A stretch of 61,446 nucleotides of DNA, filler included, from Choristocarpus tenellus KU-1152 (GCA_964200185.2; 10 parts of 10 records of this genome joined end to end with filler, not necessarily neighbours in it), one strand, 5' to 3'; positions 1 to 11,829 are shown, counted from the whole stretch's first letter. Program-made: numbers and translations. The notes: generated by a model not told the origin, from the sequence alone.

Positions 1-282
1 GTTCCCCACGCGCGTATACTGCTCGCGCCAGTCAAAGCGCGGGAAGAAATACTCGCGCTACTCGCCTGTAACAATTAGTGGTGTCCACACTTACAATGTT
101 TTATAGTGTTCTTATGTTTGTATATTTTATTTCTTTAGGGCTAATAACGACATGCATATATATAGTTTTCATTGGTTTCCCCCCTGACACATCTGCAAAA
201 TGTCAGAGGGCATAATAATAAAAATACATGGCGACATTGTTTACGTGATTCATGAAAAAATTATAAGTGTTCATGAACATAC

Positions 283-362
283 GTATTTATGGCGCAATGG
301 TTTAGTGGGTTAGAATATGTGATTGCATGGACAATAGTCCGGGTTTGAGCCCCGGTGGAACT
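283..362 (+). pseudogene. tRNA-derived segment (SINE-head-like), not a functional tRNA
   Basis: A box TGGCGCAATGG (290-300) and B box GGGTTTGAGCCC (341-352) at tRNA-like spacing. No clean cloverleaf. Confidence 0.55.
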
Positions 363-1249
363 TCCTTTTGTTCACTTGTTGTTCGTTGTTTCCTGCCTAG
401 CAGTTAGAAGACATTCCGTTCACAACTTTGGGTGATCGAACCCCCTTAGCGTCATACTCCTTCTTTTTAGGGAATCTGTTTTCCATTATTCCAACAATAA
501 TGTAACCTCAACACCTTCACGGTGGAAAATTGTGGGTGTGCCTCGGTAAGTAAGTGGAAATTTTTCTGGATGAGTTGGCTGGCTACGCAAGCAGTAGGGG
601 GGAGAGGGACGGGAGGATACAGCAGGAAAGGGGCTGTCAAATCCTGCTTACGATAGTTTTTGTCTGACACTACACAAGTGGCTCTCTTGAGACCTGTCTT
701 GCGTTTCAAGCTAGATACACCAGGCAGATGGCCAAGGAAGGGCCTGTCAGATTCTTGGGATGCTTCCCTAGCTCCTCCCTCACTTGTATCGGGCTAAGCT
801 ACTACAAGAATGTACTGGGAGGTTTGTTCAGCATCACTACAATCTTTGCGGACATCCCATCCGACACTTCCCCTTACGAATGTTACAAGATAGCAAAGGA
901 TCTGATGGTGGATGGCTAGGCAGTCAATGGTGATGCTCAGTGCGTAGCTGGGCAACCCGATTATTTAGGTTGGAGGCATAGCAGCCGTGTACACGTAACA
1001 CTGAAATTATGAGCTTTCAAGAGAGTGTTGTAGAAAAGGTGGTTACTCAAATAGTGATCAGTTTTTGGAGAGAGAACTTTCCCATTTATGACAACTGCTA
1101 CTTTTACAGGGGTAATTATGATACTGGTTTTGGCATTTCCCCTGAAACGTCTACAAAATGAAAGAGTTCATAATAATAAAAATAGTAGATTTTTTTTTTT
1201 TAACGAAACGGTAATGATTCTAGACTTTGTTTTCCTTTTTTTATGAAAA

Positions 1250-1330
1250 GAACGCTTGGCGCAATGGTTTAATTGGTCTGAACGTATCGCTGACATCGAC
1301 AAAGTCCCTGGTTCGAGCTCCGGTGGTACC
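1250..1330 (+). pseudogene. tRNA-derived segment (SINE-head-like), second copy
   Basis: A box TGGCGCAATGG (1257-1267) and B box GGTTCGAGCTCC (1310-1321). Confidence 0.6.
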
Positions 1331-1743
1331 TCGTTTTGATCATGGTCTATACATACCCAGTTGTTAGATAAACTTCATCCAATTCATAGATAACTTCAAC
1401 CACTTCACCAGTTCAAACCCCCTCGACCCTACACCGACCCTACACCCTTCTTTGCAGGGAAAATTCCTTTGGAAAGTGGTTTTATCTTACCGTTAGAAGG
1501 ACATCGTTCTCTTCTAGGAATTTGCGGGTTCAGACCTCCGCGACGCCACATTTCTTTTCGGGGAATCTGTTCTCTGATTATCCATTGTCCACAAAGCAAG
1601 CACTATGTATGGATTGTACACATCTTTGTGCTATCCTAGCGGTTGCTATAAAATAAAAATGCAATAAACCTCAAAACAAGGCGATGCGGCTTTGTTGCTG
1701 AGCATCGAGTAGTGAACTGACCGAACCCAATGCACGATAAGCA

Positions 1744-1775
<32 letters not shown>

Positions 1776-3418
1776 TCCTTGGTTGTTTGTCCGNNNNNNN
1801 NNNCCCCTTGTTGTTGTTGTAGTTGTTGATTCGGGACTCTCGCGCGAATGAAGTCTTCTTTTGTGCGTCTTGTTTTTCTTCTTTTTGTGTTGGGTGCGGA
1901 CGGACAAACTCTACGTGTTTTATTTTATTTTATTTTAAGCACAAATAGAGCTAGTGCAATTAGTGGTAGTGCAACAGACAGGTAGGTAGGATGAGAAGTA
2001 GTGTGTAATGCCTATGATCATGGGGTAGGATAGTCCCCAAGCTCGAGTGAAAAAATATAATTTTAAAATTATTTTATTATGGTAATAAAATTAGTGAACA
2101 CAATAACATGCACAATAATACCATTAAGTGTATATGAATTACTTGCGTCCAACTCTTGAAAGGTCGTCATACAAATACTACCCTGCTTATTGCACTTGAG
2201 GTTCAATAATCAATGACCTGGAAAGGGGATCCTAGGTGTAGCCGGAGTTCATTTATTCATATATCCGCCCTGATTTGGGAATCTCATTTCTTCTGGGTCT
2301 CATCAAGCCATGACTCCTCAGAGTTGAGAGCGATTTTTGGTTGTTACGAGAGCATGTTTGGTATCCTCCCCATTCAATGGGTTGGTATGTATGTATTATG
2401 TATTATGTATGTTTTGACCGAAGTACTGTATATTATTACCACTTACATGTATATACTCGAGTGTATGGCTGACTACTTTAAAGGCACTTTTATTCGGCAG
2501 TCAAGCAAAACAATACAAATTACTACATGCATCCTATTTCCTGCTCATTTCATTGTCTAGTTTCGTTGGTTGGTTGCTCATTGCTATGTATGGTGCTACA
2601 ATGTGGGGGCAATTTGTTGGTGTTTTGTACTGGGTAGTGCAAGAAGGTATGTAAGAAGGTTATCTGTATTGATTGCTCTAGAGTTATCCTCCAAGATCTC
2701 AGGTGCTGTATGATAAACAAATTCCATTCTGTTGTCAGCACATTGAGGTGGTGTAGTTGATATAAATGTGAACCTTCAATGTGATAAGTGTTGCACGTTT
2801 AATTTGTATAATATTTACACAAGACAAGGCAAATCAGTGAGGAAGATTGTGATATGAATTCCTTGTGGCATGTGGGCTGAGGAATTTTCCGTGGCTGCAA
2901 CCTGCCAAGTCGAGGAATATTGAGGCGCAAAACAAATGTCTATGTCCGTATGACCTTTCTTGAGTCATTGGCAACTCAAAGGCAAACCAGCATATTAAGT
3001 ATTCATAATTGTAAGTGATTTATGATCAATGCCAAAATATGTGGGATGTATATGGAACTGGAGAGAAAATTCATGTTGCCAACAGTAGTGCCTTGTGATG
3101 CGGCTGGAAACACTTTCTCTAAAAAGGGCAAGTATTGTAGAAACCCTTTTCCAAGTGTCTACATTACTCCACTTGCGAAGAGCAGTAAGTGATAGGTCCG
3201 TTGTTTGTTTCAACTACCCCTTTTCCACCCTATAATGAGCAATGAACACGAGGAGGAATCCTGTGGTTGATTGCTTGAGCGCAAAGCATTCTGTCTTTGT
3301 AACAATTATTTCGTGGGGTAAAAGTTGTAGGGACTGTGCTCCGTTATGGAATAAAAGGAGACTGAGAATTTCGATCCATCCTCTTGATTTGTGCTCCTAG
3401 TTGATTATTACTGGTGGT

Positions 3419-3552
3419 TTACTTCCTCTCCAAAACCCCAAGATTTGCAAGCGCCCGGCCTGCTTGCTGACTAATCTTCTCAGAAGGAGATTCTTGTAAA
3501 TGCCGGAGCACATCTACTCCATTCATCCTTATGACAGCTTCCTTGTTCACAT
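3419..3552 (-). CDS. Terminal exon of an armadillo-repeat protein
   Basis: A pyrimidine tract and TTTCAG acceptor precede VNKEAVIRMNGVDVLRHLQESPSEKISQQAGRALANLGVLERK*, which fits the ARM consensus NK..I...GV..L..L.S......AA.AL.NL. Confidence 0.7.
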
Positions 3553-4098
3553 CTGAAATCAGGAAATGGAATGAGGTGAAAATGGGGAGAAGAGGAGGAG
3601 GTGTCTTGGTGAATGAGACAATACATGTCATGCCCAGCAGCCTTGCCAGTAAGGGACTACTTCTATTCAGGACATATTGATTTGGGGTATACAAGTGGGG
3701 CGTCTGCCAGGAACAGTGTGAACAAGACGTGGCAAAAGACATGAAATCTTATATAGCTGTATAATGTCGGTGCAGTAGTGTCGTGATGTGTCGCCCTCAT
3801 AGTGATGTCTATGTCCTTTCACAGGGACTACCAATCTTATTGTAGGGACCTACCGGTCTGATTTCTTCTTGGCATGATGCTAACATAATGTGGGCATGGT
3901 TCCTGGTTCAGGGTTAGATCGGTGTTCTGCTTACTCCTAGAATCATGAATGCTATGGGCGAGACTATCAGGCAGATATTGTATGGCCTTGCTTCTCGTTT
4001 TCAACCAGTGCTACCACTATGAATGGTTGCCTTCTAGTCAAGACACACAAGATCTCATGGAGGGTACACTCACGAATTTGATAGAATGGTGGGACAGA

Positions 4099-4357
4099 GA
4101 GTGAAAGTACCTTAGAGTGTATGGATTTTGCCTGTTTGTCCATTTGGGACTTGGCTTCCCACATTTTTTTTTATGACGTTTTCATACTCCAAAATGTTTC
4201 GAAGTAGGTAAAATATGTATGTTTATGAAGAGGTGTGTTCGGAACAAGGATATCGACACTTCCTAACAAACATAATAGCCAAAATTACATCAAAATCGCA
4301 ACATTGGATTTTGGCCCCCAAACGGATGCAGCTCTACCATCAAAGATACTTCGACCC
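4099..4357 (-). mobile_element. MITE family A, copy 1
   Basis: Reverse-complement copy of the ~255-bp element with TIR ~GAGCCAAAGTATCTTAGAGGGTA. A 4-bp flank duplication (caga or agag) appears if one terminal base is allowed to be lost. Confidence 0.85.
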
Positions 4358-4856
4358 AGAGTAATACTCTGTTAGAGGGAAGTTGTCAACAATACTTGGA
4401 CCCCTATGACTATCTTCAATCTAGCACATGTACTTGTTGCATACTCAACAGTGATTGTTTGCTTACTTGAAGGACAAATATATTTTCTGCTCTTTCACAG
4501 TCGCAGCCTTCAAAGGGGGTTAGCTGAACTTTAGACATGGTTGCGGGATGTAAGGCAGAAAGATAAAATAGTCCTAAATTCTCAAAAGGGTCTAAGCCGA
4601 CCCCCCTCTAAGTTTGGATGGTCTGACAGGTAAGTGGATTGTCGCTTTGTAAAAATGGTTGTAGCAACCAATTCGTATGTATTACATGTAAGGGTACGCA
4701 TTTCTGTATTGGTTGAGGATCTACTTTGTAGCCAGATTCTGGAAGGCATATGGTTGATCTTTACAATAGTTTGTAGTTGTAATGCATGATGGTAATTTAT
4801 CCCAACAAGGAATATTTCACACTCTAGACTATGTACACACACATACATGCACACAA

Positions 4857-5050
4857 CAGCCAAAGTATCTTGGAGGGTAGAGCCTCGTAAATTTGGGGGC
4901 CAAAATCCAATGTTGTGATTTCGATGTAATTTTCGCTATCGTGTTTGTTTGGAAGTGTCAATATCCTTGTTCTGGACACACCTTTTCATAACGTATACAT
5001 TTTACCTACTCTGAATTATTTTGGAGTAGGAAAATGTCATTAAAAAAACA
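4857..5050 (+). mobile_element. MITE family A, copy 2; truncated by contig end
   Basis: CAGCCAAAGTATCTTGGAGGGTAG..CCAAAATCCAATGTTG..GGAAGTGTCAATATCCTTGTTC..GGAGTAGGAAAATGTCAT. Confidence 0.85.
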
Positions 5051-5150
5051 NNNNNNNNNNNNNNNNNNNNNNNNNNNNNNNNNNNNNNNNNNNNTTAATT
5101 AATTAANNNNNNNNNNNNNNNNNNNNNNNNNNNNNNNNNNNNNNNNNNNN
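5051..5150. other. Artificial contig linker
   Basis: N44-TTAATTAATTAA-N44, which gives stops in all six frames. Confidence 0.98.
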
Positions 5151-5399
5151 AACCCATCCTCAATAGTACGCTCCTTCCTCATTTTTTAAAATCCACTGTT
5201 ATCAGGTGCTAAACCAAGCCCCGCCATGAATGATAATGTCACTCTTCTCTATTCAACCGTCTCTTTGTGCTCAGCAAAGAACATCGTGTGTGGCTCCCAT
5301 CTCCTTCTTTACTTCTCTTCCGTACTCACACAAACAGCAGTCTAAATCTGCACAGGATATGTGCTTCAATGGTATGGAGAATGATATTAAGTTGCCCAT

Positions 5400-7332
5400 C
5401 TCGACTGAACCACCAGGATGGTCAGTGGAGACCTGGACAACACGGAGATCATCCGTGGTGGGTTACGCTGGTAGAAAGGGTCTGTACAACATTCTGCAGC
5501 AACAGCACGTGGTCCCTGAACTCATGGAGACACCAACAAATAGCGTACAAGAACTATGAGAAGAACAGTAGACTTTTGTGGTTTTGGTGGTCCAAGCGAC
5601 AAGAGATTCCACAAGAAACCAGACGGCAGAGGAGCATGGATCGAATTGGAGAGAGTCTATCGAGTTCGTGTGGAGGACAAGGTCCCCTGTACAAATAATC
5701 TGTTGGTACGGATCTGGGAGTTACAGTACTCCTTGACTATGGACAGTACGGATTTCGTAGTCCAACTTGAACGGATATTCACATAATTTGAGCAACTAAA
5801 GGAAAACAAAGTCAGAGAATATCAAGAAGGCTTCGATATTATTGGGTATCAAGGATAATGCCATGCCCAACATTTTTCACACATCTGATTCCAAAAACCG
5901 ATATAAGGTACAAGAAGCTGAAGTGGGCAATCGTCTCGTCATCATCACACCTACATTAGGACCAGGAAGGGAACGGAAACGCAACAGCCCTACAGAGCAC
6001 AACAAGGGACTGACCCTTGATAATCATGGCGGGTCACTGATGGAGAGAATGCTGCTCGTATTTGGCAGGCAAACCACCAGCAGAACAACCACAAGGTATG
6101 GTGTGTGCTATGCAATTTCCTAGACCACCTCCAACTACATTGGCACACGGTCATGGAGAATGTCAAAAGGGAAATGGTAGCAACAGGAATCAAGCATGGT
6201 CATTCTCAACCTTCAAGGTAATGGCCAGCAAATAGGACGGGTGAGTGATGCTTAGCTCATTGCAAGGCAAAGAGATTGGACTCCTTTGTGACTCTGGAGT
6301 GAACATACACCTCATGCCCATACGGAGAGGATATGGTGAACACACAGGCAATAAAGCAGACCTGCACCTTCAGCAACAATGGGAAGCTAGAGGCTAAAGA
6401 GACAGGGGATATGGTATTATCAACAACGAGCATGAACGGGAAGTCAAGAGTGGTACTTTGAAATGTACTTCGGGTACCTGGCAAGCCATGCACTATATTG
6501 AGCACTGGGACAATGTGACAAGAAGGTGGAGAATTTATGGACTCTGGATCAAGAACAAGATGCCTGAGAACTTTGTGGAATGATCTGCAGATAAATATGG
6601 AGAAATCGTGGGAATTTCTACCACACCTCAAGGGAAAGCTGGAAAAAAAACAGAGAAGCAAGGCAAATGCATCATTTGCAAGTAAGTGTCAGAAACGTAA
6701 CACTTCATATCAACCCAGCATCCATAAAATATCTGGAAAAGCATGGATTGTTGAAGATCACAAACGCTAGCGTTTTTATCTTAGAGGGTAGAGCTGCGTC
6801 CACTTGGGGCCAAAATTCAAAATTGCGATTTTGATGTAATTTTGTCTATCGTGATTGTTAGGAGTTGTCAATATCCTTGTTCTGGACGCACCTTTTCATA
6901 ATGTACACATTTCACCTACTCCAAAAACATTTTGGAGTAGGAAAATGTCCTAAGAAAGCCCATGGGAAGCTAGGCCCAAACAGAGAAAAAGGGCAAAACT
7001 CGTACCCCCTAAGATACTTTAACTCACTACAGTGGCCTCGGGGATGAGATCCAAGACATGCAAGGAGTGCAAATCGGAGAAACCTGTCTACCAAATGGGA
7101 GGTCAAAGCCCCAAATAGCCCAACGAGGTTATACACACGGATATGGCACAACCCTTCCAACTGGATGTCATGGGATACAAATACTTCCAGGTGTTTACTG
7201 ACAAGGACAGCAGAGACAAATGGATTTACGGTCTGAAGACTAGAAAATGCATTGACGGGTGCAACCTCTGCCTACATTGACAAAATGACCCGAGAAGGTG
7301 TGGTTGTGAAGTGCATCGGTGGTGATGGTGCT
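5400..7332 (+). mobile_element. Decayed Ty1/Copia LTR retrotransposon (gag, protease, integrase), interrupted by a MITE
   Basis: Gag-like DGRGAWIELERVY..FVVQLERIF. Protease-like TFSNNGKLEAKETGDMVL..NVLRVPG..ILSTG. GAG-pre-integrase HINPASIKYLEKHGLL..CKEC. Integrase IHTDMAQP..GYKYFQVFTD..KWIYGLK..VKCIGGDG. Many stops and frameshifts. Confidence 0.75.
6777..7025 (+). mobile_element. MITE family A, copy 3, inserted into the Copia pol region
   Basis: Same internal sequence as the other copies. Right end TACCCCCTAAGATACTTTAACTC. Left tip eroded. Confidence 0.85.
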
Positions 7333-7690
7333 AACATGTGTTAGAATCGAACTGATTTTCCCAGTTCCCCAGCACCGTTCCCATTGATACACTTCACAAC
7401 CGCATCTTCTGGGGCCATTTTATTAATCTAGGCAGCAGTTGTGTCTGTTGCTGCTTCACTGGTCTTCAAGTCATAAACCGACTTGTCCCTGCTGCTCTTG
7501 TCAGTGAACACTTGGAAGAAATGTTGTTCACAGGCAACCATTGGGAAATTGTGTATCCCAACACCATGCACATTGTGTTTTGCTTTGACACACTTCTCTT
7601 CCAGCGACCAGGTAGCAGCCAAAAACACCCGACAGTTGAAGTCTCTTTTTTCACTCAACGATTACATCCGTACCATGATCCACCTCAAAA
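7331..7690 (-). mobile_element. Second, inverted and rearranged Copia integrase fragment
   Basis: FFQVFTDKSSRDKSVYDLKT..INKM..VVKCINGNGAGELG is homologous to the + copy. It is preceded by a post-integrase-like segment, RDFNCRVF..EKCVKAK..VLGY. Confidence 0.7.
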
Positions 7691-9068
7691 TGCTGGAATG
7701 GGAACGATTGGATCCTGCCTCTCAACCTAGTACTGAGTAAATAAATTCCTGAATGTCAGAACTATCTCTAGTATATGACTAGCTAGGGAATTCTCATTGT
7801 GTTAGCATATGAGTGGCATTTGGCGCCCCCTACCCAACTGTCAACAATAGGATCAGAAAAAGTATAATATATAGTCCAATTAGGAAAAGAAGAAGCCTCT
7901 AGCAAGATGTTGTAATGTATCTATGGTATGCAATTTGTGAGGCAGATATTAAGGAATTGCATCCAAACCTTTCATGGTCCATACAACCCTACTGCACTTG
8001 TTTCTTCACAAACAAAGAGGTGTTAATTCAAACGACACAGAGAGGGAGCTTTACAAGAAAGGCAACTGGTAAGGGACAGATGTGAGAGTCATCTTCATGG
8101 AGATAGAGTCCCCTTCTTGTTCATGTACACCTCACCATGCCACAGGACGTACATGCCCTTTTCAGGAAAGTGTACAACAGGTGGATAGGATCAGAGGGTA
8201 TTCCCCACCCACTGGCAAAAGCAACCAAGCGCTTCCCCTACAAAATATACTGCAATATCTGCAATGCACGAACAAGTTGTGCTCATCAAATAATTTACCT
8301 GCCAGAATCCCTCTGTGCCATGGTACACAACTGGTCTGTAGTTTTCATCCACCCTCCATGAAAAAGATGAACATGACCACCCAGGCTAGATTCCACATAA
8401 AATACAACCCTGCTGAATAAAAACAAGAAATACTCTTTTCCATTCAAAAAAAGGCTTCACTCCATGCCTCTCCGGTAAGATCGACACTCCATCCTGTTCC
8501 TGAAGCCCATCAAATACACTAGACTGGTGGAGCTCAGTTCATGCTCCAGCTCCTCTAGTCACAACTTAAGGTCGCATGCTCCACCAAGAAAGCACGACCA
8601 TCACCACAGGAGGATGTCCTACTTTTCACTCCGTCCATTTGTGCTGTAGCATAAACCAAAAAATCCCCCAAAAGTAAGAGAAAAGAACCCGTGGTTCTTG
8701 CGACCGCCAGCAGTATCATCCCCTCCCCACAGCCGACAAAGACCATAGTTCAAAAAACAATGGTGTTCCACTTCACGCTGGTACAGCATGTCTGTCCGTA
8801 CATGTACAACGCTTTCAAAACACATCATATAAAAATATTAAATAAAATGCTCGGTTTTCCGCATCGCGATACGGTTCGACGTTTGTATCCTTCAAAATGT
8901 ACACATAAAACGACAGCAGCTCTTGTTCCCAACGCTTTTAACTAGGTATACATACTGCAAAAAAATAGCTCCAAAAATATGTTTCTTTCGGGTCACCTAG
9001 TACTGTCACACAGCCTGTTTGCATGGACCATGTACAGCTTAGCTATATAGGCAGCACCTCTGTTTCTC

Positions 9069-10149
9069 TTACCACTGGTCAGGTGTCGGCCTCATCCACA
9101 AAGTTGTTTTGTTTTTATGGTTCACGTAATATTGCCTGCCTTCAGGAGTTGTTCGAATTTCTATGTGCCCCGGAAGTTCCAAGCTCTTTTCACCCTCTCC
9201 TCCAGCCCTTCCCCTTCTACCTTGGTCCCCAGGAAGGCCATTTGAGAGAGATTGGGTAGTAGTTGATCCACCCATACTAGGGGGTGCTGGGGGTACCAAA
9301 GGTGTACTGGCGTGGCTGGAGGTTGGTGGGTGGGGATGTGGTAACAACCGTTCAACTCCAGGGGGATTCCACTGGGTTATCCTGGAAGTCATGGGAATCG
9401 GGGGGAGGAAAGGAGGGTGAGGTCAGCTTTGATGATGGGCACCGGTCACCTCAATGTGTACCTGCAATAATAGATGGAAGTCAATAACAGGGAGCTACAA
9501 TTTTACTTCTTTTTTAAACATACCACTACACTATGGAGCAAAAGAGCGTAAACATGAAGAATTGAGAACGTTTAATACTACACAAACACTAGATACATAT
9601 TTTTGTTCAGATGTTCAAAAAAAAAAAATGCCCATCAGAAAGGAAAAGAAATCTAGATGATGACAGTTCTACCCATTACTTCGTCTGTGCGGATCCTTTC
9701 TCCTTCACTTTCATGTGTGTTAAGAGACGACTGACTATAGAGACCAGGTGATCAACTCCGATACTAAAGACGCTTCCGATACCTCTAGAACAGAAGGACA
9801 GGACACTCACACATGAGAGTGGAGCACTGAGCAATGCTGATAGTGGAAACACTCTAATCAAACTCCAATAAATACGAATATAACCCCCCCCACTCCCTCA
9901 CCCCCCCCATCCCCCCATCTACATGTGACTCTTTACTTTGAATCCATACTATTTAACACTCTTCATTCACCACAGATACAGTGACTGTTATCATACCTTT
10001 GATCATGATTGACATAATACACACGTCCCATGTTCGTGATTCGACTCTCCCACCCAGCAGGTAACCCTGTGACCTCCTCACCCCCACTACTGCCCCTGCC
10101 CCCCACAGACCCCCTGCGATCATCGTGAAGATGAGGAGTGGTACTCCGT
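9069..10149 (-). CDS. Protein with two WW domains, 3' end; truncated by linker
   Basis: Exon 10149-9997 (..GLPAGWESRITNMGRVYYVNHDQR) splices in phase to 9381-9069 (ITQWNPP, a Pro-rich linker, then LPGHIEIRTTPEGRQYYVNHKNKTTLWMRPTPDQW*). Confidence 0.85.
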
Positions 10150-10249
10150 NNNNNNNNNNNNNNNNNNNNNNNNNNNNNNNNNNNNNNNNNNNNTTAATTA
10201 ATTAANNNNNNNNNNNNNNNNNNNNNNNNNNNNNNNNNNNNNNNNNNNN
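10150..10249. other. Artificial contig linker
   Basis: Same 100-nt linker. Confidence 0.98.
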
Positions 10250-10484
10250 GGTGAAAGAGTTCAGTCCGGTGATTGTGATTGCCCCCTTGAGCAAAAAATA
10301 ACTTGGCACCTTTGACACTTTCACAGTGCTAATAATGGGAATCTTGACGCACCATATTTCTTCATGTACTACATCCCGTAGCTCCAGCAAAAATCTGATT
10401 TAGTACATTTACTAAAATACATATGTATGGAAAATACATGAATTGAGGTTTGTGCCGAGAAACCTTCAACATATCGTTACTCAC

Positions 10485-11829
10485 CCGATACCGCAGGAAG
10501 CAGAGAGTTGTGTGATAAGCTGCACAAGATCAGCGCTGCATTCCTCTCGCAAACTGTGAGCGTCATTAACCAATCCATCTCTTAGATCATAAATGATCTG
10601 TAATGACGATTTTGATCCCTCTGTGTAACTTGTCTTCCCAAGCAGATTGAGTTCAAGTGTTTCGTGCAGCAAAGGGTGGATGTATCAGGATATCAGATGC
10701 TCGAGTAGTTGATAACGATTTACAAAGAAATGTTTTGTTCTATTGGGACTTTCCTACCACCCAAAAGATCTCCAAAACATAGATCTTAGCAGATGAGCCT
10801 AAGCCTAATGCTTTATGAGATGGTAATGGGTGGAACGCGCTCACCACAATGTACTACCAATCCAACTGACCTCTATCAGGAAACTGAAACGACAATGTTC
10901 TTAACGTGTGATCGTTAGTAGACGAACTAAACATCATACTGCCAAAACCGTCTATACATACATTTTGCACATTGTCTTTATAGTGTTCCATACCTGTCAA
11001 TAATATTGTACACAGATCACAATGCCTAACTTCATAAACACTCTGTTTCAATTCGTACAGTTAACGATGTTCTTTCAGCAAGTTTTCCCAGTAGGCTACA
11101 AATACCAGCCAAAGCATCTTAGAGGGTAGGGTCTTCTCCATTTGGCGACCAAAATCCAACGTTACGATTTCTTAGTAACTCGGCTATTGTATTTGTAAGG
11201 AAGGTTCAATATCCTTGTTCTGCACATACGTCTCATAAGGTATACTTTTGATCTACGCCGAGCTTGTTTGCAGGTAAATGTCATAAAAAAAAAAATAGAA
11301 AGCCAAACCACAAACGGTCAAACAAAGCAAACCTCTTACCCTCTAATATACTCTCGCTCATACGACAATACTTAACCAAGGTAATCGAGAGGATCCTAAT
11401 TTTTTCCCACTTTAAGTTGAAAGCTGGATTTTCATCGTTTGCACTTCACCCATGTATATGGATGAGATTATATGTTTGCCTTAAGTGTATTTATCTCTTT
11501 TTGTTATAAGATTTTTGGCACAATTCAGAAAATATCCTGGACGCGTTTAAAAGCCGAATTATGTACATATTTGTCAGCATTCTTTAAATGCAACTCTGGA
11601 AACCTTTCTTTTACTTTCACTCACTCTCCAAAATAGTAGTCCCATCGTGTACCAGCAGTCTTCACGTCTTACTCACCTCTGCTACTTGTACAACATTGAC
11701 CTCAAGATCAACATTAGAATTTGCAAAGGCGGTGTTAGTTCCTCCATAAGCGGTGGTAATCTCAGTTTCCAACTGGTCTGTTGTTGAACCGCTGTATGCA
11801 CTGCTAGTGTAGAGAAGGACAAGGTCGAT
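10485..11829 (-). CDS. Reprolysin-like (M12B / peptidyl-Asp metallopeptidase-like) protein, internal exons
   Basis: Exons 11829-11677 (IDLVLLYT..LETEITTAYGGTNTAFANSNVDLEVNVVQVAE) and 10633-10485 (TSYTEG..LRDGLVNDAHSLREECSADLVQLITQLSASCGIG) are GT-AG and in phase. The HExxH motif would lie downstream and was not found in this contig. Confidence 0.7.
11106..11359 (+). mobile_element. MITE family A, copy 4 (divergent), in the metallopeptidase intron
   Basis: CAGCCAAAGCATCTTAGAGGGTA ... TACCCTCTAATATACTCTCGCTC, flanked by ATAC on both sides (11102-11105 and 11360-11363). Confidence 0.8.

Larger units (their letters stand above)
175..1590 (+). repeat. ~1-kb dispersed repeat, ~1.4 diverged tandem units, each with a tRNA-like segment
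   Basis: 175-490 resembles 1130-1590 (CCTGA.AC.TCT.CAAAATG..CATAATAATAAAAATA; TGGCGCAATGGTTTA; GGGAATCTGTT). 535-1190 matches 33050-33510 on the opposite strand. Confidence 0.75.

Noticed and set aside
283-1330. Functional tRNA genes
   Set aside because: A and B boxes are present, but acceptor and anticodon stems do not pair cleanly and the segments sit within a repeat.
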